Of a stretch of 64,000 nt of DNA, positions 49,475 to 59,733 are shown piece after piece. Numbering within the stretch: the first letter of the stretch is position 1; each line of letters begins with the position of its first letter. The translations under genes were made by a program, and so were the position numbers. The stretch covers positions 96,001-160,000 of the IMG/VR virus record IMGVR_UViG_3300031088_000737; one strand, given 5' to 3'. The DNA is from a virus. The notes below the pieces were generated by a model. The model did not search any database. It saw only the letters and a list, made by a program, of their open reading frames with translations, and was not told where the DNA came from.

Positions 49475-50065
49475 ATGCTTGGTATAGTTGTCGCAATAAC
49501 ATTAGTGGCGTTGATTGCTTTACTCAGTATGTCTGCTGTATATAATGCACCATTACATCAAGATCAAAAAGAAATTGAATCTAATCGTATTAGTTCACAA
49601 TCAGTGTCAAAACAAGCTGACATGAAAGAACTGAATGTTCAAAAACAGGAAGTTTTTCAACAACAACAACCGATTCCAGAACCTGCTGAAGCTGTTGCAC
49701 CTCAAATTAACAATTATGATTTTGATAAATTAAGTAAAGCTTTGATCTTTATTGTAGGTGGTGTGTTTTCAATTATTTCGTTAAAGCTTTTGATTAGATT
49801 TTTTAACTATTACAAAACGACTCGTAAGTTTAAGAAAAATACTAAAAAGACACAACTGCTGGTTGAGCAATTAAAGACTGTTTTTGATAATGAAAAAGAT
49901 TTTCTGTTAATCACTGATTCCATAGAATATCAACTTAAAATTAATGATTTGCTATTAAATTTAGACGAATCAAAACACTATGGTTTAGAACTGGAAGTGG
50001 CTGATGATTACCTGTATGCATCTTATAAATTCATTAACGAAAAATTGATTGGCAATTTAAAATAA
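49475..50065 (+). CDS. Tandem membrane family C, member 4
   Basis: NNYDFDKLSKAL motif; two TM segments. Confidence 0.7.
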   Translation: MLGIVVAITLVALIALLSMSAVYNAPLHQDQKEIESNRISSQSVSKQADMKELNVQKQEVFQQQQPIPEPAEAVAPQINNYDFDKLSKALIFIVGGVFSIISLKLLIRFFNYYKTTRKFKKNTKKTQLLVEQLKTVFDNEKDFLLITDSIEYQLKINDLLLNLDESKHYGLELEVADDYLYASYKFINEKLIGNLK

Positions 50066-50082
50066 AACAAGCCCAGTTGGGC

Positions 50083-50700
50083 TTATTTTTTTCCTTTTGC
50101 GACATAGATGTATTTACATAAGTTTGGTCTATCTGTACAAAACTCTAAAGATCTTAATTTACCTTTTCTATCAATTAAATTCCATTTATACTTGAGTAAT
50201 GAAGGTTCACCATCACGAAAATCAATAAAAAATCTGTATTCTGATATTGGCGTTGGTTCACTTGAATATTGATCATTATTGTTTTTTTGTGGTATGAATA
50301 TAGTGACATGTTTCCCTAGTGGATCTTCACTGATTCTTTTTATTTCATTACATTCTATAAAATTTATTTTCTTGTCTTCTGGTTTTAAAGTTAACTGACT
50401 TTTTTGATTGCAAAATTGACTATCATGTACTAGATAATTCCATGCGTATTCTGTTAACGCAATATCAACTTTTTGTTCTGGATGGTTATAGCCATAGGCT
50501 GTTTTCAATTCTAATGATTGTAAATAGCTTTTCAATATTGTTTGGTTAATACTTTGCTTGTAATTAATAACGTCTCTTGTAATTAATATAGATGCTAAAA
50601 TGACTAATAATAAAACTAACACAGACACTTTTATCATTGTTGCTTTTGTCATATCTTCATAAAAGCGTTTCTTTCTTACCTTGTAATGCTCGTAAATCAT
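50083..50700 (-). CDS. Membrane-anchored hypothetical protein
   Basis: Single N-terminal TM helix. Confidence 0.6.
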   Translation of the reverse strand: MIYEHYKVRKKRFYEDMTKATMIKVSVLVLLLVILASILITRDVINYKQSINQTILKSYLQSLELKTAYGYNHPEQKVDIALTEYAWNYLVHDSQFCNQKSQLTLKPEDKKINFIECNEIKRISEDPLGKHVTIFIPQKNNNDQYSSEPTPISEYRFFIDFRDGEPSLLKYKWNLIDRKGKLRSLEFCTDRPNLCKYIYVAKGKK

Positions 50701-50886
50701 ACTAACTATTTTTTTATTGTTTTATAGTATTATTATACTACAAAAAAACTAAAACAAAATATTAAAATACTATTTAAATAATGATATTTATTAATTTACG
50801 TTGCACTTCTACTAAAAATAAATATAAGTATTTATTTAAAAAACAAAAGGCTAATAAAGAAATAATCCCTCTATTGAGGGATTATA

Positions 50887-51639
50887 TTAAACCATATACA
50901 TTTTTAATACATTAAATACACTTAGATCTTTTATAACTTCTTTTATATCAAAAATTTCTTTTAATTTTTTATATTTCGGATCATCCAAATACATATACAT
51001 GATGGTATCTTCCATTGTCTCACACCATTCAGGAATTTCTCGCCTTTGCATATTTCTATAAAAGAATGAAATAGTAGAGAACATAATGTTTGTATGTTTT
51101 TCATAATAAACATTAAAATTATACATCGAATTACGACCCATACCCCCTAAATCATGACCATCTACATCTGTAAATGGATTCATCACAGATATATTTACAC
51201 TGCTTATTTTCGTTAAATCAAAATCTTTATAACTTATTGTTGCATATAATTCAAGATTATATTTATTCCCTTCATCAAAAAATTGTGCAAAGAACTCTGA
51301 ATTATACCCATCTATTAAGTCTTTTTCTTTAATTTTAACATACACACACAATGCATCCACTTCTGCAGATTGATCTCTTTTAACACCATCCAAGAACTCT
51401 CTGGTGAAGATGGTTTTCAAATTATAAATATTTTCATAAAACAGATGACTTCTTTTTTCCATATACTCATATTGCCATTCGTACTGGTCATCATTGTAAT
51501 CATCGTCGTCATCATAACAACAACAACAAGGATAACAATCCATATCGTCATACCAGATTTCGTGTGCTATATTATTGGTGAATTTTTTATTGAACTCTTT
51601 GAATTTAGAGTTGCCGAGGTGTCTTACTGCATTATACAT
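50887..51639 (-). CDS. Hypothetical protein with CCC/acidic patch and M-x-x-V tail
   Basis: SD AGGAG before MYNAVRH; DCYPCCCCYDDDDD; ends NVLKMYMV. Confidence 0.65.
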   Translation of the reverse strand: MYNAVRHLGNSKFKEFNKKFTNNIAHEIWYDDMDCYPCCCCYDDDDDYNDDQYEWQYEYMEKRSHLFYENIYNLKTIFTREFLDGVKRDQSAEVDALCVYVKIKEKDLIDGYNSEFFAQFFDEGNKYNLELYATISYKDFDLTKISSVNISVMNPFTDVDGHDLGGMGRNSMYNFNVYYEKHTNIMFSTISFFYRNMQRREIPEWCETMEDTIMYMYLDDPKYKKLKEIFDIKEVIKDLSVFNVLKMYMV

Positions 51640-51845
51640 GTGAAATCTCCTAATTATTAAGCAATAAATGGCGTTTATGTGTAATAGATAATCTTCCAAA
51701 TAATGGATGTAAAGTGATTACTATTGTAGTTATGCTTTCGTCATTTATTAGCGTGATATAATTAGTTACATGAGATTTCTCCATTAAATTTGTGAATATT
51801 CTACTATCTTAAAGCATTTTTTAATAAATATCAAGTTAAATTTTA

Positions 51846-52874
51846 CTAAAAATTCAACATAGCTACCAAATCAAAAAACGCTTGTGGGTTATCTTCTAAT
51901 TCATCCAGTTCCATTTCTATTTCATATTTTTCAAAATACTTTTTAAACTGATAATGGAAAATAATTTTTTTGAAGAATTCTTTTGAGTAAGTTTTCTTTA
52001 AACGAAGATAGCCATGTGGTGTCATTGAAATTGCATAATAAGCCGGATTGTTTAAAAAATCAAACTTACGAATCTCAACGGTAAAGTGTTTATAGCCACT
52101 GGATGTAATGTAACGTTGATTAAATCGTTTTGACGTAATATTACCCGCCTTATCCTTAACGTCTTTGTCATAGGATTCGGATTGTTGTAACCTTACTTCA
52201 AGTTTTAAATTAGGTATAAGTTCGCCATTTTTTCCTATTTTAAACTCTTCTTTTTGAGAAATTTCTAAAATAAAGTTGATCGAGTTCTTAATAAAGTAAT
52301 TAAGCACTTTACTATTTTTGCGTGGTGGTGACAACTCGACTTCACCGTATTGAGCAAAAACTTCCAAGATTTCTTTAATACAATGCTCAGCAATAGGTTT
52401 AATTTGTTCAGCAAATATTTTTCTATGCTCTTCCGTCTTATTGTGTTTATATTTGGTCATGTAATCCAATGTGATATTGTAATTATATTCTGGTATTAAG
52501 TCCGATTTATAGGTAGTCTTGAAGACATCTTTGGCTAATAGAATATTAGGACTTGATTCTAATTGTTCTCTAAACCCATAAATTTTAGAAGTCGGAAACT
52601 TACTATGATTTTTGTTGATAGCAAATGTATAGCTCATGTATTCTATTTTACTTTCGGCTGGCGTCGGATTGAATGTCAACGCATTTTTATTTGCTGATGT
52701 GATATACACCATGTTTTCCAAAATTTGAATGGAGGCTTTGGGAATAAGAAAGTCACGGTTCTTATCATTCTCATAAAGACTTTGGAAGATGTTTTGAACA
52801 TTTACACCTACAGATGAATTCTTCCAGTCCATTGGCATTTGTTTACTTAATTTTTCAAATTCAATAAAATACAT
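51846..52874 (-). CDS. Hypothetical protein with M-x-x-F tail
   Basis: Ends AFFDLVAMLNF. Confidence 0.7.
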   Translation of the reverse strand: MYFIEFEKLSKQMPMDWKNSSVGVNVQNIFQSLYENDKNRDFLIPKASIQILENMVYITSANKNALTFNPTPAESKIEYMSYTFAINKNHSKFPTSKIYGFREQLESSPNILLAKDVFKTTYKSDLIPEYNYNITLDYMTKYKHNKTEEHRKIFAEQIKPIAEHCIKEILEVFAQYGEVELSPPRKNSKVLNYFIKNSINFILEISQKEEFKIGKNGELIPNLKLEVRLQQSESYDKDVKDKAGNITSKRFNQRYITSSGYKHFTVEIRKFDFLNNPAYYAISMTPHGYLRLKKTYSKEFFKKIIFHYQFKKYFEKYEIEMELDELEDNPQAFFDLVAMLNF

Positions 52875-52876
52875 AA

Positions 52877-53599
52877 TTAAAATCTCCACATATCATATAT
52901 CGTTTTGTAACTGTCGAAGTTAGTTTCAAAATCTTTAAAACTTACGGTGTTTCCAATGTTTTTTGTCATTCTTTTATGCAATCTTTGTAGTATACATTTT
53001 GTCAATAGGTCATCTTGTTGCCTTGGACTTTCAATAAACTTTAAATCAGTCAAGAACTGAGCAAATTCTAGTCCTTTCACATCACTCAAAATAAAAGTCA
53101 TTTTGGCATTGTAGACAAAAAGTTCAACCCACAAAAACTCAATCACCACATCCAGTTTTACATGATAAAACATTTGAGAACGAGTAAAATTTTTATACAT
53201 TTTTGTTTTACCATCAAAATCAAAAGGCATATGCATCACACTGACCGTAAAACAACTGTTCTCGGATAAACCCCTTCGTTTAAATTCTCGTTCAAATTTT
53301 TCTGGTTGAATACAACCGAATTCTACCAGTTTATTGAAATACGTTGTTCGAATAGCTCTATTCATTTCAGTTTTATCTTTCAATCTGATGAAGTGTTTAT
53401 TGTCGAGCTTTTTCAAGGCTACCATTTGAGCAGGAGTGATTTCTAATCGAATCAAGTCATTTTCATTAGGCAGTTTACCATTAAACGAAGGAGTTGCTAT
53501 TTTGATTCCGTTAGTTTGATCATTATTGTTGTTCACATATAATCCACCTTCACTTCTACGGAAGGGAAATTGTTCAGACAACAAAATAAATCTTTTCAC
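52877..53599 (-). CDS. Hypothetical protein with M-x-x-F tail
   Basis: GTG start with SD AGGAG; ends SYKTIYDMWRF. Confidence 0.7.
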   Translation of the reverse strand: MKRFILLSEQFPFRRSEGGLYVNNNNDQTNGIKIATPSFNGKLPNENDLIRLEITPAQMVALKKLDNKHFIRLKDKTEMNRAIRTTYFNKLVEFGCIQPEKFEREFKRRGLSENSCFTVSVMHMPFDFDGKTKMYKNFTRSQMFYHVKLDVVIEFLWVELFVYNAKMTFILSDVKGLEFAQFLTDLKFIESPRQQDDLLTKCILQRLHKRMTKNIGNTVSFKDFETNFDSYKTIYDMWRF

Positions 53600-53726
53600 T
53601 CAGCAAACTCCTTAAATGTCCATTATTATACATTAATGTAGAAGGTAAGTCAAACTAATAGGTTTTCTTATTTGACTTTTTTTATATTCGTAGTAAATTA
53701 TTTTCATCAATAATGGTATATATTAC

Positions 53727-54320
53727 ATGAAAAAAATACAAGACTATTTGAAACAATCCTATGAGAACTCAGTGAATAAAGGTTGGTATGAAAGACCGAC
53801 AACTTCTATTGAACGATTTGCTCTCATGTTGTCGGAAATATCCGAAGCCACCGAAGAAGTTCGATCATCAAAAGAAGACTTCTACCTCGTGGAAGGAAAA
53901 CCAGAAGGTCAGTCTGTTGAATTAGTCGATGTCTTAATTCGTATATTTGATTATTCAGGTTATGGCAATGTCAACTTTTCTAAGTTTTTGGAAACTCAAT
54001 TTTTTGTATCCTTTAATCCGATTGTTACGATTGATGATTTAATGAATGAAGTATCACAATTAAACAATATTCGTTGCTATGAAGAGTTACAAAATTTGAA
54101 AAGTGATATAGAGTTCCACATATCGGTGGCAATCTCTATTTGTGATGCGGCTAAATCACACATGAAAAAAACTGAGAAAGAGTTCTTGTTTTTAGCTGAA
54201 ACGGTGGTTAAAATAGCATACTTCTTCCGTAAGAAAGGTTGGGATATGACAAAGGTTCTTGATATTAAACATGAATACAATGTGAACCGCCCACATAAAC
54301 ATGGTGGAAAAGTCTGTTAG
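53727..54320 (+). CDS. MazG-like nucleotide pyrophosphohydrolase
   Basis: ALMLSEISEATEEVR...ELVDVLIRIFD and K..YN..RP.KHGGK. Confidence 0.75.
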   Translation: MKKIQDYLKQSYENSVNKGWYERPTTSIERFALMLSEISEATEEVRSSKEDFYLVEGKPEGQSVELVDVLIRIFDYSGYGNVNFSKFLETQFFVSFNPIVTIDDLMNEVSQLNNIRCYEELQNLKSDIEFHISVAISICDAAKSHMKKTEKEFLFLAETVVKIAYFFRKKGWDMTKVLDIKHEYNVNRPHKHGGKVC

Positions 54321-54331
54321 GAGTATAAACA

Positions 54332-54871
54332 ATGAATAAAATGATAATGGGTGCAGTATTGTGTGGTTCTCTATTAATGACAGCATGTGCTAGTCATACA
54401 TCAACAATACCCCCAGCTTTTTTACTTGAAGACAATGTGACAATGAGCGTTGTCACCGACTATCAAGAAAAAATGCTAACAAAACAATTAAGTAGTAAAT
54501 TCGATATTTCTAAAAATGCAACAAGTTTGGTATTAACCGTCAGTGATTTTGATGTATTTGAAAATGACAATGAAACCATTAAGTCATCCATTAAGAAAGA
54601 CTTGGATGTGATTGCAAACATGGTAGTCATTTCACCACACAGCCAGTTAAAAATTGTATCCCACACTGACAATGAACTAGAATATTACTCAGGATTAGTG
54701 ATTACAACACGTAAAGCATTAGAGTTAAAAGAATATATGCAAGCGAAAGATATTAGAGAAAAAAGAATTAGTTTTTACGGCGTAGGTAATGAATTCCCAA
54801 TCATTAAAAACCCTACGAGTGAAGAAAAGATTAAAAATAGACGAATTGAAATACAAATTAACAACATATAA
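54332..54871 (+). CDS. OmpA-C-terminal-domain lipoprotein (divergent)
   Basis: Lipobox LMTA-C; SHTDN, G.G.EFPI and KNRRIEI. Confidence 0.75.
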   Translation: MNKMIMGAVLCGSLLMTACASHTSTIPPAFLLEDNVTMSVVTDYQEKMLTKQLSSKFDISKNATSLVLTVSDFDVFENDNETIKSSIKKDLDVIANMVVISPHSQLKIVSHTDNELEYYSGLVITTRKALELKEYMQAKDIREKRISFYGVGNEFPIIKNPTSEEKIKNRRIEIQINNI

Positions 54872-54897
54872 CCAACAAAATAATTAGGAGAATCAAT

Positions 54898-55551
54898 ATG
54901 CGTAAAATTACAATATCAGTATTAACAGCAGCCATTTTAATGGGTGGTTTGGCTGGATGTACAAACAATCCTTACACGGGTGAAAGTCAGGCAGCAAAAA
55001 GTGCTAAATATGGTGGTTTCGGTGCTCTCGGTGGTGCGGCAGTTGGTGCTTTGGTTGGTGGTAAAAAAGGTGCATTGATCGGAGCCGCTGTAGGTGGTGC
55101 TGGTGGTGCTGGTTATGGTTACTACACTGATGTTCAAGAAAAGAAATTAGCTGACCAACTTAGAGGTACTGGTGTTCAAGTTCAACGTGAAGGCGACAAT
55201 CTTAGTTTGATTATGCCGGGAAATATTACATTTAAAACAGCACAATCAGATATTTCAGCATCATTCTATCCAGTATTAAATTCTATTGCTACTACATTGA
55301 AAGAATATAATACCAGTAACATTGTGGTGATTGGTCACACTGATAACACTGGATCTTTTGAAAAGAACCAAGTATTGTCTGAACAACGTGCCTATTCAGT
55401 GGCTAACTACTTTGTAGCACAAGGTGTTGCACAAGACCGCGTTCAAGCTTTTGGTTATGGCCCACGTCAACCCATTGCTGATAACAACACAGAAGCTGGT
55501 AAACAAACGAATCGTCGTGTTGAGATTCAAATCATCAACAAACAGCAGTAA
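54898..55551 (+). CDS. yiaD: YiaD-like OmpA-family lipoprotein
   Basis: Lipobox LAG-C, NPYTGE and a glycine zipper; GHTDNTGS..N..LSE.RA and NRRVEI. Confidence 0.88.
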   Translation: MRKITISVLTAAILMGGLAGCTNNPYTGESQAAKSAKYGGFGALGGAAVGALVGGKKGALIGAAVGGAGGAGYGYYTDVQEKKLADQLRGTGVQVQREGDNLSLIMPGNITFKTAQSDISASFYPVLNSIATTLKEYNTSNIVVIGHTDNTGSFEKNQVLSEQRAYSVANYFVAQGVAQDRVQAFGYGPRQPIADNNTEAGKQTNRRVEIQIINKQQ

Positions 55552-55557
55552 TTTAGC

Positions 55558-56163
55558 ATGAATAAGTTGACCTTATTTATCTGTTCATCACTGGCACTTG
55601 CTGTCAGTGGATGTTCAGTGACGACCAGCTATTATACAGAACAAAGTGGTTACTCTGAAATTATCAGTAATGAGCAAGTGGTTACACCACCCGTAGTAGC
55701 ACCTGCACCTATTCCAGAAGAAATGAGCATTGAGAAAAGAGCTTATCTTGAAACTCAACAAGCTGAATTCACAAAAGATTTGGATAAAACTGGGGTTATC
55801 ATTAATAAACAGGGCAATGACTTATTGCTATACATTCCTGTTGCAGAAGCTTACAGTTACAATGGTTTTCAATTAACAAGTTATGGTTATACTGTATTAA
55901 ATAAAATTGCTATCAATTTGTTAGATCAAGAATTTAGTGAATTTACACTAGGCGTTTATGATGGTTTAAGTACTTATCATAATCCTAATTTTAATATCAT
56001 TGAAGCAAGAGCACGTATTGCGACTGACTATTTACTATCAAGACGAGTTAATCCTGATAAGATAGTGTATAAACAAGAATCTATCCCAGTTCCACAATTG
56101 ATTGATCCTACAATAAGCTACATTGAAATACGGATTAAAAACGATGTAAATAATTATAAATAA
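55558..56163 (+). CDS. Degenerate OmpA-like lipoprotein
   Basis: Lipobox VSG-C; GV.I.KQGN.L.L..P and IIEARA..ATDYL...V.PD.I. The peptidoglycan-binding GHTD/NRR residues are lost. Confidence 0.6.
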   Translation: MNKLTLFICSSLALAVSGCSVTTSYYTEQSGYSEIISNEQVVTPPVVAPAPIPEEMSIEKRAYLETQQAEFTKDLDKTGVIINKQGNDLLLYIPVAEAYSYNGFQLTSYGYTVLNKIAINLLDQEFSEFTLGVYDGLSTYHNPNFNIIEARARIATDYLLSRRVNPDKIVYKQESIPVPQLIDPTISYIEIRIKNDVNNYK

Positions 56164-56298
56164 AAACTAAGACCACACTCAGTGGTCTTTTTTATTGATT
56201 GCAGTAAAATAATATCATTTAAAATCTATATCAAAACAGCCATAAGACTTGACTTTAAATCGTTAACAGTTAATATTTTATTATTATTGGAGATAAAA

Positions 56299-56832
56299 AT
56301 GAAACAAACCATAAAAATTTTTTCAGCACTTGCTATTGCACTATTAGGAGCAGGTTGTTCAAGCATTGATAATCACTTAGCTCAACACGTTGAGAAGGAA
56401 CCTACCTTGGGTAGTTTGAAATGGTCAACGAATGATTACAAAATTTATTTAAGAACTATGTATGTTCAAGCCGACTTTAATGAAAATGGCGACAAACGCC
56501 TATTCGCAGACTATGATTACACAATGGAATCCTCTCCATGTACTACAATCAGTAAATACAGCCCAAGAACAAACATCTACTCATTCCAAAATAAAGGAGA
56601 GACATTGACATTTGAATGTAGACCTTATTTTAATTATGATCAACCTGACGCCAGAAGACTTTATTTGTTGGGATCTCAAAAAGATTGCGAAGATAGACAA
56701 TTTGATTATAAGATAGCCGTTGTTGACAGTGGACAAGACAACTTAGCAGTCTGCGATAAACTACACCCAGAAGCATCTGAGAAAGTACAACAGCGTTATA
56801 AAGATTGGTTAAAAGCAGGTGTCTTTAAGTAA
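56299..56832 (+). CDS. Putative lipoprotein
   Basis: SD GGAG; lipobox LGAG-C; several Cys residues. Confidence 0.65.
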   Translation: MKQTIKIFSALAIALLGAGCSSIDNHLAQHVEKEPTLGSLKWSTNDYKIYLRTMYVQADFNENGDKRLFADYDYTMESSPCTTISKYSPRTNIYSFQNKGETLTFECRPYFNYDQPDARRLYLLGSQKDCEDRQFDYKIAVVDSGQDNLAVCDKLHPEASEKVQQRYKDWLKAGVFK

Positions 56833-56878
56833 TAAAGAGTGTTAATTTAGACAATAAAAAACCGCTTAGGCGGTTTTA

Positions 56879-57667
56879 TTATTTTAAGATATTATTAAGA
56901 ATTTTGTATCTTTCATCCAAATCTTTTATAGACTCTTTCTTATCAACTACGGTGACAGGTTTAGGTTCCGTAATTTTACTGTAATTCTCTTCAATATCTT
57001 TTGTAGTTACTTTAAGGATTATCGTAGCAATCACATTGGTCGCGTTAATGTTTTGTTCTATGAGAACATATTTTCGGCTATCAAGATTAACATATCCTTT
57101 ATTAAAAAATTCTTTATTGTAATGTTTATCACCTAAAAAATTATTATATCGTGATTCCAAATAATCCAGTTCTTGTTTGACTTGACCATACGTGTCATCA
57201 AATTTGTATTGACTGAGTATTAGTCGGCTGCTTAGCACATAACCATCTATCAAATCATATTCCGTGATGAATTTATTATCAGTCATATCTTCGGCAATTC
57301 TTAACGTTTGATGTTCAAGTCCTTTTAAATTAATGGTTACTAATTTGCCGTTATCCATCTCCACCACTTTATTTATATGATCTTTTAAATCGTAGTTAGC
57401 TCTGGATGAACCCACTCTCTTTGTATTGATAGGAGGAAAATTTTCTTTACCTGCTGTTGTAGGAACGGTATCAAATAAGGTTAAGTTTAAGTAGGATGTT
57501 TTTGGGATAAAAACATCAACACTGTCTTTGGCACCAACAGCCTTTTCCATCTCGCTAAATATGGTTGGGAAACTTTCTATTGTTTTTTTTGTTTCTGTCT
57601 TAGTGTCATCGGCATAAGCCGTTAATGAACACACAGCAAACAACGTTAATAATGTAGTTTTTAACAT
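56879..57667 (-). CDS. Secreted protein, paralog of 57678-58343
   Basis: Signal peptide ending AYA; VTINL....QTL.I motif; ends YKILNNILK. Confidence 0.65.
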   Translation of the reverse strand: MLKTTLLTLFAVCSLTAYADDTKTETKKTIESFPTIFSEMEKAVGAKDSVDVFIPKTSYLNLTLFDTVPTTAGKENFPPINTKRVGSSRANYDLKDHINKVVEMDNGKLVTINLKGLEHQTLRIAEDMTDNKFITEYDLIDGYVLSSRLILSQYKFDDTYGQVKQELDYLESRYNNFLGDKHYNKEFFNKGYVNLDSRKYVLIEQNINATNVIATIILKVTTKDIEENYSKITEPKPVTVVDKKESIKDLDERYKILNNILK

Positions 57668-57677
57668 GGTCTTTCTC

Positions 57678-58343
57678 CTATTTTAAAATGGTATCGAGTA
57701 TTTTGTATTGTTTATCAATGTTTTTTTCTTTCATGCTATTTATTATCTTGTCATAGTTTTTATATGTATCTTTTTCAAGTATTGATAAATTTAAAAAGCA
57801 ACATTTACCTTTAAGTATAACCGATATCTGTGCAATGTTTTTATCATTTTTGCATTTAGTCGAATAGAAATGATATTTATAGCCAAGATCAATTAAAGCA
57901 TTTTTACATTTCTTAGCTATATGTTTATTTTCTTCATATAACTCCATAATGCTTTTTTCGTTTTTATAGCTAAGTGTTAACATTTGTATATTGATTACAT
58001 AACCATAGCCAACCGTGTATTCAAATACAAATGGATTCTTTGGATTATAGTCGTCACCGACTTGGATTGTTTGATATTTTATGTTTTCAAGATTAATTGT
58101 TACTGTAATAGATGTTTCATTTTTACTTATGTTTACAATATGTTCCTTAACATTTTTATAATCTATTGATGAGCCAAGATTGTTTACAAACTGATTCTCA
58201 GTAATTCGGTAAAGATCGCCCTCTTCTTTTTGGAAAATATAATAGAGTTTACTTGTTTGGGGAATTACTATTGTTAGTTCCTTTTGCTTACCAACTTGCG
58301 TTCCTAATTGACTTAGAATTGGTGGAAAATCGTTGACTGACAT
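57678..58343 (-). CDS. Paralog of 56879-57667 without a signal peptide
   Basis: VTINL....QTI.V motif; ends YKILDTILK. Confidence 0.65.
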   Translation of the reverse strand: MSVNDFPPILSQLGTQVGKQKELTIVIPQTSKLYYIFQKEEGDLYRITENQFVNNLGSSIDYKNVKEHIVNISKNETSITVTINLENIKYQTIQVGDDYNPKNPFVFEYTVGYGYVINIQMLTLSYKNEKSIMELYEENKHIAKKCKNALIDLGYKYHFYSTKCKNDKNIAQISVILKGKCCFLNLSILEKDTYKNYDKIINSMKEKNIDKQYKILDTILK

Positions 58344-58457
58344 GTTATATCTCCTGAATTCCTGTAATAGTAACATTAAATAAATAATAATCAAACAAAA
58401 AATATAGATAATCTAATAGCATTATGATATAATAAGTCAAATTTAAGGACTTGTATT

Positions 58458-59723
58458 ATGATTAGAAATACTGAATTGTCGCCCAATAAAAGCAAATCGT
58501 TGAAAACGAAAGCGGATCATTATCTTGAGATCGTTGCTATTGCCACAGAGAATGGTGGTGAATGTTTGGATAATGAGTATGTGGCAAGCAATATTAAGAT
58601 GAATTTTAGATGTGTTGATAGTCATGAATGGTCAGCACGACCTAACGATATTAAACGTGGCACATGGTGTCCATCGTGTCGATCTAACAAAACAGAAAAC
58701 CTTGTTCGACAATTCTTTGAAACAGTTTTTAACCAGCCATTTAAAGTTTCTAGCCCAGAATGGCTTCAAATTGAAGGCGAACGAAAATGTATTCTAGATG
58801 GTTTGAACACTGATTTGAAGATTGCCTTTGAGTATCATGGCGAACAACACTATCATTATATCCCGCATTTTCATGACCGGGCCAATAAATCATTTGAATA
58901 CCAGCAGGAACGCGATAAGAAAGTCAGATCGCTTTGTGAATCAAATGGCATCAAACTTATTGAGATTAAGTATTTGGAAGATGGTTACTCTCGTGAAACC
59001 TTTATTTCATACCTTACTGATATCTTTAAAGCCGAATTGGATATTACAGTCACTGCTCAACAAATAACTAAATTTAAAAAATTGCCATTTGCAAGTTCAA
59101 AAATTAATGAATTAAAAGAATTGGCTAAAAAAATGAAAGGTGAATGTCTATCTGTTAAATATTTAGGAACCCATTCAAAAGCTAAATGGAAGTGTGAAAA
59201 AGGACATGAATGGGAAGCGGTACCTAAATCTATCAAAAAAGGTCATTGGTGCCCTTATTGTAATGGACGACTAAGAGAAGGCAACACTTTAGAAGAAATT
59301 TCAGCGATTGCACGTTCAAAAGGTGGTCAATGTTTATCAATCAGTGTTCAAAATTTAAAAGAGAAACTGAGTTTTATCTGTTCAAATGGACATTCTTTCG
59401 AAACATCCAGTGATGGCATCCTTTATACCAATAAATGGTGTCCATACTGTGCCAAGAATAAATTGGTTGATCCTATGGCTGATATGCACGAGCATGCCAA
59501 GCTTAAAGGTGGTAAATTTCTTTCGACTGTTTATGTTAATTCAACAGCTCCTTTAATGTTTGAATGTGGTGATGGACATACATGGAATACAACTTATTCA
59601 TCCATTCGACACAGAAAGTCTTGGTGCCCTAAATGCCATAATAAGAAAAAAGGTCAAAACTTGGCTGGCTATCTCAACAAACCTAAGATTATTGAGACGA
59701 CTATCGAAATTCAAATAAAATGA
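58458..59723 (+). CDS. Zinc-ribbon repeat PD-(D/E)xK-like endonuclease (putative homing endonuclease)
   Basis: Four C..(G/S)H.(W/F)...WCP.C units and a nuclease core LDG...KIAFEYHGEQHY...D..(K/V)...C...GI.LIEI. Confidence 0.7.
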   Translation: MIRNTELSPNKSKSLKTKADHYLEIVAIATENGGECLDNEYVASNIKMNFRCVDSHEWSARPNDIKRGTWCPSCRSNKTENLVRQFFETVFNQPFKVSSPEWLQIEGERKCILDGLNTDLKIAFEYHGEQHYHYIPHFHDRANKSFEYQQERDKKVRSLCESNGIKLIEIKYLEDGYSRETFISYLTDIFKAELDITVTAQQITKFKKLPFASSKINELKELAKKMKGECLSVKYLGTHSKAKWKCEKGHEWEAVPKSIKKGHWCPYCNGRLREGNTLEEISAIARSKGGQCLSISVQNLKEKLSFICSNGHSFETSSDGILYTNKWCPYCAKNKLVDPMADMHEHAKLKGGKFLSTVYVNSTAPLMFECGDGHTWNTTYSSIRHRKSWCPKCHNKKKGQNLAGYLNKPKIIETTIEIQIK

Positions 59724-59733
59724 TCTTATTTCA

